A stretch of 61,944 bases of DNA, filler included, from an uncultured Methanosarcinales archaeon (GTDB lineage: Archaea > Nanobdellota > Nanobdellia > Woesearchaeales > CAYVYK01): assembly GCA_964455675.1 (NCBI GenBank). It is 2 parts of 2 records of this genome, joined end to end, with 100 filler letters (N's around TTAATTAATTAA, not from the genome) between each part and the next. Parts side by side here need not be neighbours in the genome. Positions count along the whole stretch, not along the records: positions 31,258 to 61,944 come from CAYVYK010000019.1; 1 more part is not named here. One strand, written 5' to 3'. Shown piece after piece: positions 57,241-61,944 of this stretch. The notes under the pieces are model-generated. The model made no database searches, was not told where the DNA came from, and saw only the letters and a program-made list of their open reading frames with translations. Every line of letters begins with the position of its first letter. Position 1 is the stretch's first letter. The translations under genes and the position numbers were made by a program.

Positions 57241-59007
57241 TTATCGCTTCTTGCCTTTTTGCTTTCCGAAGAGATCCTCAACAAAACCTAGGGTAGAAAT
57301 CTCATCAGCAGTACGGTCAGAACGCAAACGCACGACCCTGGGAAATCTGAGCGCGTATCCTGAAGAATAGGTAGGGGACTTCTGTATCTCTTCATAGTTC
57401 ACTTCAACCACGATTTCAGGCTTGACGGTGACGTCACGGCCTTTCTGTTGTGAGATGAGCGGCCTCAGAAGCTCGGTGAGTTGGTTAAAGCTCAGACCTT
57501 CCTCGTCTTTCTCCTTGATGCCTGTGCCAACACGGCCAATCTCGACAAGCACCCCATCATGTTCATCCCAGCACGCAAGCGTGAAGCTACTCAGCCAGTT
57601 CGCACGCTTACCCTCACCCCACTCCGCGGCAACGATGACAAGATCAAGCGTCTCCATCACAGGCTTGAGCTTGACCATGAAACCAACACGCGCGCCGGGC
57701 TTATACGGAGCATCAAGAGCCTTCAGCATGACACCTTCATTCCCCGCCTTGAGAGACTCATGATAAAAGGATTCCACGTCCTTTAGCGAATGAGCAATGA
57801 TTCTCCTCGCAAGCACAATCTTCTGCGGCTTTTCCTTAACCATCCTCTCTAGGAGCGCACGACGGTCCTTGAAGGGAAGCGCAAGAAGGCTTTTGCCGTC
57901 ATGGAACACGATATCAAACACATTCAGTTCCACCGGAAACTTCTTCGCCATCTCCGCGATATCATACTCACGACGGATGCGCTGAGAAATACTCTGGAAG
58001 GGAAGGTAACGCTTCGTCTTTGGATCAAAACCTACAGCCTCGCAGTCAATAATGAAACTCTTCCCCACAATGTGCTCCCTTACGACCCCAACGACCTCGG
58101 CAAACTGCTTTGTCACTTCCTCAAGGCGGCGCGTGAACAATCGGATTTTCCCATCCATAACATGAATCTGCATACGAAAACCATCATACTTGTACTCCAC
58201 GTCAGATGGAACACCAACCCGGAGAAGAGCATCATTTGCCGTCTCTTCCTTCTGGGCAAGCATGACCTTGATCGGAACACCAACGGTGAGCTCGGCTTTT
58301 TCCAAACCTTTGCGTCCATGATCACGGGCTAGCGCTGCAACATGCGCAAAGTCATTACACACATCATACGCAGACTGAACAGCCTCCTGCAATGCAGTAT
58401 ACTCTTCACGATTCAACGCTTCAAAGTCCTCCGCAGATTCATCATACTTGAGACCAGCATCCTTTGAGAAGAACGCCCAGACGATCGCGTCACGGAGCGT
58501 CCCATCAGCGACACCAACACGAAGCTCCTCGAGGATGGTGCGCGTAATGAACCTCGCTTCCTCAGGGGTTGATGAAGAAAGAAGCTCAGCAATCAGCTTC
58601 ACCTTCTGGTCAACAGTGCCAGGACCCTCAAGCCTTGCGAGCTTTTGAATGTTCTCAACAACTTTCTTTACCGTGAGCGACTCGGAGAACAGGGTTGCTT
58701 GAGCCTTCTTACCCGTAAGCTTTTTTGCCACATCACCAAGATCACCAATCTTTCTCCACTCATCCTCAATCTTAGCAATCGGTTTTGCGGTCACAAGGTT
58801 CAAAGCTTTCAGCATAAGCTGAGTGGATACACCAATCTTACTCTGATCATAGGGAGGAAAGACGCGGCCACGGAGGAGCGCCATCACGTACGGAAGATCA
58901 TCGGAGGGCACTTTCGCAATGAATTTTGACAGATGATATGTCTTTCCCAAACGCTTCGGATTCTTCTCAAGTTCCATGTATAAGGATATGAGCTTCTCGT
59001 ATTGCAT
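57241..59007 (-). CDS. lig: ATP-dependent DNA ligase (archaeal type)
   Basis: GDLG, EYKYDGFRMQIH (motif I), FTRRLE, FDIV, EGVMLK, YKPGAR, KLK, LDLVIV, ALRFPR. Confidence 0.96.
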   Translation of the reverse strand: MQYEKLISLYMELEKNPKRLGKTYHLSKFIAKVPSDDLPYVMALLRGRVFPPYDQSKIGVSTQLMLKALNLVTAKPIAKIEDEWRKIGDLGDVAKKLTGKKAQATLFSESLTVKKVVENIQKLARLEGPGTVDQKVKLIAELLSSSTPEEARFITRTILEELRVGVADGTLRDAIVWAFFSKDAGLKYDESAEDFEALNREEYTALQEAVQSAYDVCNDFAHVAALARDHGRKGLEKAELTVGVPIKVMLAQKEETANDALLRVGVPSDVEYKYDGFRMQIHVMDGKIRLFTRRLEEVTKQFAEVVGVVREHIVGKSFIIDCEAVGFDPKTKRYLPFQSISQRIRREYDIAEMAKKFPVELNVFDIVFHDGKSLLALPFKDRRALLERMVKEKPQKIVLARRIIAHSLKDVESFYHESLKAGNEGVMLKALDAPYKPGARVGFMVKLKPVMETLDLVIVAAEWGEGKRANWLSSFTLACWDEHDGVLVEIGRVGTGIKEKDEEGLSFNQLTELLRPLISQQKGRDVTVKPEIVVEVNYEEIQKSPTYSSGYALRFPRVVRLRSDRTADEISTLGFVEDLFGKQKGKKR

Positions 59008-59300
59008 ACGGACACGAAATGACCCCTGAAATATAAAAATGATGGCATTCAATCGATTACCCTTGTGTGATATTAATCTGCTCACCTGACAAATTATTCC
59101 ATTGCATGGGGCAGTCAATCCTAGCAGGTGTTGGGAGTACATGCATCGCTGTGTTTCACCCTAAGAATTTTGACGAGTCTTCGGCACCGGGCATTAATGA
59201 TCCAACAGTACTACATATGCTAGGTTACCCTCAGTTCAGATAGACGAGAAAGAGGAGGTATTTCGATAGGTGACAAATTATATATAGATGCGATGCGGAC

Positions 59301-59933
59301 ATGAAGCACATGGATGCGATGGAATGCCTGCACACCAGGCGCGCGATACGCAAATATCTCGAAGTTCCTGTGGAGCAAGACAAGATTGGAGAGATCGTGC
59401 GCGCTGGAGCGATGGCACCAAGCAGCGGGAACCTCCAAAACTGGAAGTTCATTCTCGTCCTTGACGCCGACAAGAGAAAACTCATCGCGGAAACATGCCT
59501 TGAACAATGGTGGATGATGAAAGCGCCCGTGCACATCGTCGTCATTTCAGACCCAGAAAAAGTCAGACGATTCTACGGCCTGCGCGGAGAGCGCTTGTAC
59601 TCGATCCAGAACTGCGCGGCAGCAATGCAGAACATGCTTCTTGCCGCGCATGCACTGGGCCTAGGCGCAAACTGGGTGAGCGCATTTGACGAGGACAAGC
59701 TCCAATCGCTTGTCGGGCTACCCGCGCCATGGCGTGTGCAGGGAGTAATAACCGTTGGTTACACGGACGAAAAGCCCATCGTACCCCAGCGATACCCGCT
59801 CGAGACAACCGTGTACCTCGAAACATTCGAGAACCGCATCCGCGACATGAGCGCGGTTCTTGGAGAAACAAGCCAATACGTCCAAAAAGTACTCAAGAAA
59901 GGCGGCGAACTCCTCCGAAAAATAAGGATCTGA
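59301..59933 (+). CDS. Nitroreductase family protein
   Basis: TRRAIRKY, APSSGNLQNWKF, AAAMQNMLLAAHALGLG. Confidence 0.93.
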   Translation: MKHMDAMECLHTRRAIRKYLEVPVEQDKIGEIVRAGAMAPSSGNLQNWKFILVLDADKRKLIAETCLEQWWMMKAPVHIVVISDPEKVRRFYGLRGERLYSIQNCAAAMQNMLLAAHALGLGANWVSAFDEDKLQSLVGLPAPWRVQGVITVGYTDEKPIVPQRYPLETTVYLETFENRIRDMSAVLGETSQYVQKVLKKGGELLRKIRI

Positions 59934-60384
59934 TTCTGACGCAGCTGTTAATGTAGCTATTCGTTTCCTATATCTATGGATGCATGATTTTGAAGACCGA
60001 GGGAATTCCGACGGACAACTAGTCGCCCTTTTGGTGATATTTCTTGTTATCATTCTAAGGTAGTAGAAATCGAGAATTGACTGCCTAACGGCTGGAAGAC
60101 CCGAAATATTTATTGTATTTAATATAGATTTCAATCTACCAATATGTATATAAATAAGATGATTAATAAATTTTAGAATAAAAATCGAGTTTTTGGCGAA
60201 ACTCGGTAGGCGTTTGGATCAACTGATTTTGGCGAATTAGTTGAACCGTTATCGAACAACTAGTGAACATCACTCGTTGGCGCAAGTGAAGTTGGCGTGT
60301 TCTAGGGAAAATACAAGGGGTACTTCCATATAAAGATTTCGGTAGGTAAACCTATAGTTCAAAGCACAGTTTGGGGGGACACCA

Positions 60385-61485
60385 ATGGAGCTCACAGATA
60401 ACGGCAAAACGGTGATTGGTCAAGCAACTATCAAAGTCATGGGTCTAGGAGGAGCAGGAAACAACATGGTTAACTGGCTCTTCAAGAAAGGAGTCAAGGG
60501 CGCGGATGTCATTGCGTGCAATACCGATCAACAGCATCTCAATATCACTGAAGCAGATCACAAGTTTCTGATGGGCAGAGAACTCACAAAGGGACTCGGC
60601 TGCGGCGGATTCCCCCAAAAAGGAGCAGAAGCAGCGCAGGAAAGCCTTAGCGAAATCAAAGCATGCCTCAAGGGAGCAGACATGGTGTTTGTCTGCGCAG
60701 GTCTTGGGGGAGGAACGGGCACGGGATCAGCGCCAGTTGCGGCAAAAGTCGCGAAAGAAACAAACGCGATCGTCATCGGATGCGTCACCATGCCATTCAA
60801 GATCGAACGCGCAAGGATCGACCGCGCTGAAATCGGCCTGCAGATGCTACGCAAAGCATGCGACACGATCATCGTCATCGACAATAACAGGCTCGTACAG
60901 ATCGCAGGAAACCTGCCGCTCGCGCAAGCATTTGCGGTCGCGAACGAACTCATCGCGATCATGATCAAAGGAATCGTGGAAACAATCGCAACACCAAGCC
61001 TTGTCAACCTCGACTTTGCAGACGTAAACGCAATCATGAGCAACGGAGGAGTTGCTGTCATCGGAGTTGGAGAGTCCGACACCGCAAACAGGATTGAAGA
61101 AGCAGTGAAGCAAGCACTTGAAAACCCACTCCTTGACGTAGACTACCACGGCGCAACAGGAGCACTTATCCATGTTACTGGTGGAGAAGATATGACACTC
61201 GACCAGCTCAACCGTGTGGGAGAGCTTGTAACGGAAGGCCTTGATGAGGACGCGAACGTCATCTGGGGAGCACGCATTGATCCCACCATGAAGAACAAAG
61301 TCATGGTGATGAGCATCGTGACGGGAGTCACGAGCCCATGGATCGTTGGCAAGAGCAACCCGGTTGCCGAAGCAAAGGCCGCACCCATTGATGTGCAAAG
61401 CGCATTCGATGTGGTAGAAATCAACATGAACGAATCACCACAAGCAGAAGAGGAGGACATGCTCAAAATCGAAATTGTTCACTAA
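60385..61485 (+). CDS. ftsZ: Cell division protein FtsZ (probably FtsZ2 type)
   Basis: GGAGNN, NTDQQHL, GLGCGG, AGLGGGTGTG, IDNNRL, PSLVNLDFADV. Confidence 0.96.
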   Translation: MELTDNGKTVIGQATIKVMGLGGAGNNMVNWLFKKGVKGADVIACNTDQQHLNITEADHKFLMGRELTKGLGCGGFPQKGAEAAQESLSEIKACLKGADMVFVCAGLGGGTGTGSAPVAAKVAKETNAIVIGCVTMPFKIERARIDRAEIGLQMLRKACDTIIVIDNNRLVQIAGNLPLAQAFAVANELIAIMIKGIVETIATPSLVNLDFADVNAIMSNGGVAVIGVGESDTANRIEEAVKQALENPLLDVDYHGATGALIHVTGGEDMTLDQLNRVGELVTEGLDEDANVIWGARIDPTMKNKVMVMSIVTGVTSPWIVGKSNPVAEAKAAPIDVQSAFDVVEINMNESPQAEEEDMLKIEIVH

Positions 61486-61576
61486 ACTCATGGTCACGCA
61501 AGTGGCACACCCTCTGGGTGTTTGTTTCTTGCCTTCATTTTACCACCCCCAACAAGACCAACGAAGTGAAGGCGAT

Positions 61577-61610
61577 TACCCCCTGCTTTAAGGGGGTATT
61601 TTTTCTTTTT
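61577..61610 (+). terminator. Hairpin plus T-tract terminator after ftsZ
   Basis: TACCCCCT-GCTTTA-AGGGGGTA followed by TTTTTTCTTTTT. Confidence 0.65.
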
Positions 61611-61726
61611 ACCGACATGCAGATGTGGTTATCTTGATGAGAAAACCGACCACCCCCTCATTTCCAGTGCAGCACGTGGATTTCACAAAAGTTCTTGCTG
61701 CGATAATTATTCATTTCAAAATAAGA

Positions 61727-61904
61727 ATTCTGGTGGGCGGTTCCGTGATTTGCTCGTTCCATGCTACAGATAGCCCCACCAAGCCCCGGGACGTGAAATG
61801 AGCATGAGCCATTACAGGTTTCTAACAGGATATCAATAGAGTCATGATTATGATTCTGGTGGGCGGTTCCGTGATTTGCTCCCGCCATGCTACGGATAGC
61901 CCCA
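61727..61904. repeat. Two 52-bp direct repeats, 126-bp period
   Basis: ATTCTGGTGGGCGGTTCCGTGATTTGCTC-nnn-CCATGCTAC-n-GATAGCCCCA at 61727-61778 and 61853-61904, with 4 mismatches. Confidence 0.85.
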
Positions 61905-61944
61905 AACTCACTGTCGTTCGTAGGTTCGCTGACGCGAACCACCA

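Noticed and set aside
59934..60384. Replication origin in the AT-rich intergenic region
   Set aside because: No ORB-like G-string repeats and no adjacent orc1/cdc6.
61727..61904. CRISPR array or tRNA
   Set aside because: Only two 52-bp copies with a 74-bp spacer and no cas genes in the window. The minus strand ends in CCACCA but there is no cloverleaf or T-loop.
61658..61942. 94-aa minus-strand ORF at the window end
   Set aside because: No recognisable motif, and it may be open only because of the 126-bp repeat period. It cannot be supported as a gene.

Overview
Archaeal DNA, most consistent with a DPANN (Woesearchaeota-like) genome bin. The taxonomy is inferred from TATA-box promoters, Hel308, ATP-dependent ligase, Elp3, TrmB, FtsZ and class III signal-peptide proteins. 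An artificial N/TTAATTAATTAA/N linker at 31158-31257 joins two pieces whose adjacency is unproven. The left piece (1-31157) is an almost entirely + strand cell-surface locus. It has giant glycoprotein-like proteins (LamG/beta-helix, Ig-like, PGF-pre-PGF-like, PKD) and six copies of one domain I cannot assign to a named family (W-x-G-[YF]-x-GNV...GE[VI]YAS...C...C...GFD...FQM.VP...YYFYVEL-x-stop). Four copies are stand-alone secreted proteins, one is fused C-terminally to a CARDB-type protein, and one is fused N-terminally to a membrane-anchored protein. The locus also carries two tandem-HTH regulators whose promoters share a TACTTACATTA pair flanking the TATA box, and two ribbon-helix-helix regulators. 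This is the best candidate for an undescribed system, possibly a surface filament or lattice with dedicated tip and anchor subunits. The right piece has a thrombospondin type 3 repeat protein, housekeeping genes (CPA2 antiporter, elp3, NOP2/RsmB, purA, guaB, lig, nitroreductase, ftsZ) and tRNA-Arg(GCG) followed by duplicated tRNA fragments. It also has a Hel308 gene lacking its whole Walker A/B domain and a type IV pilin-like operon in which one paralog carries a long hydrophobic Gly/Ala-rich insertion.
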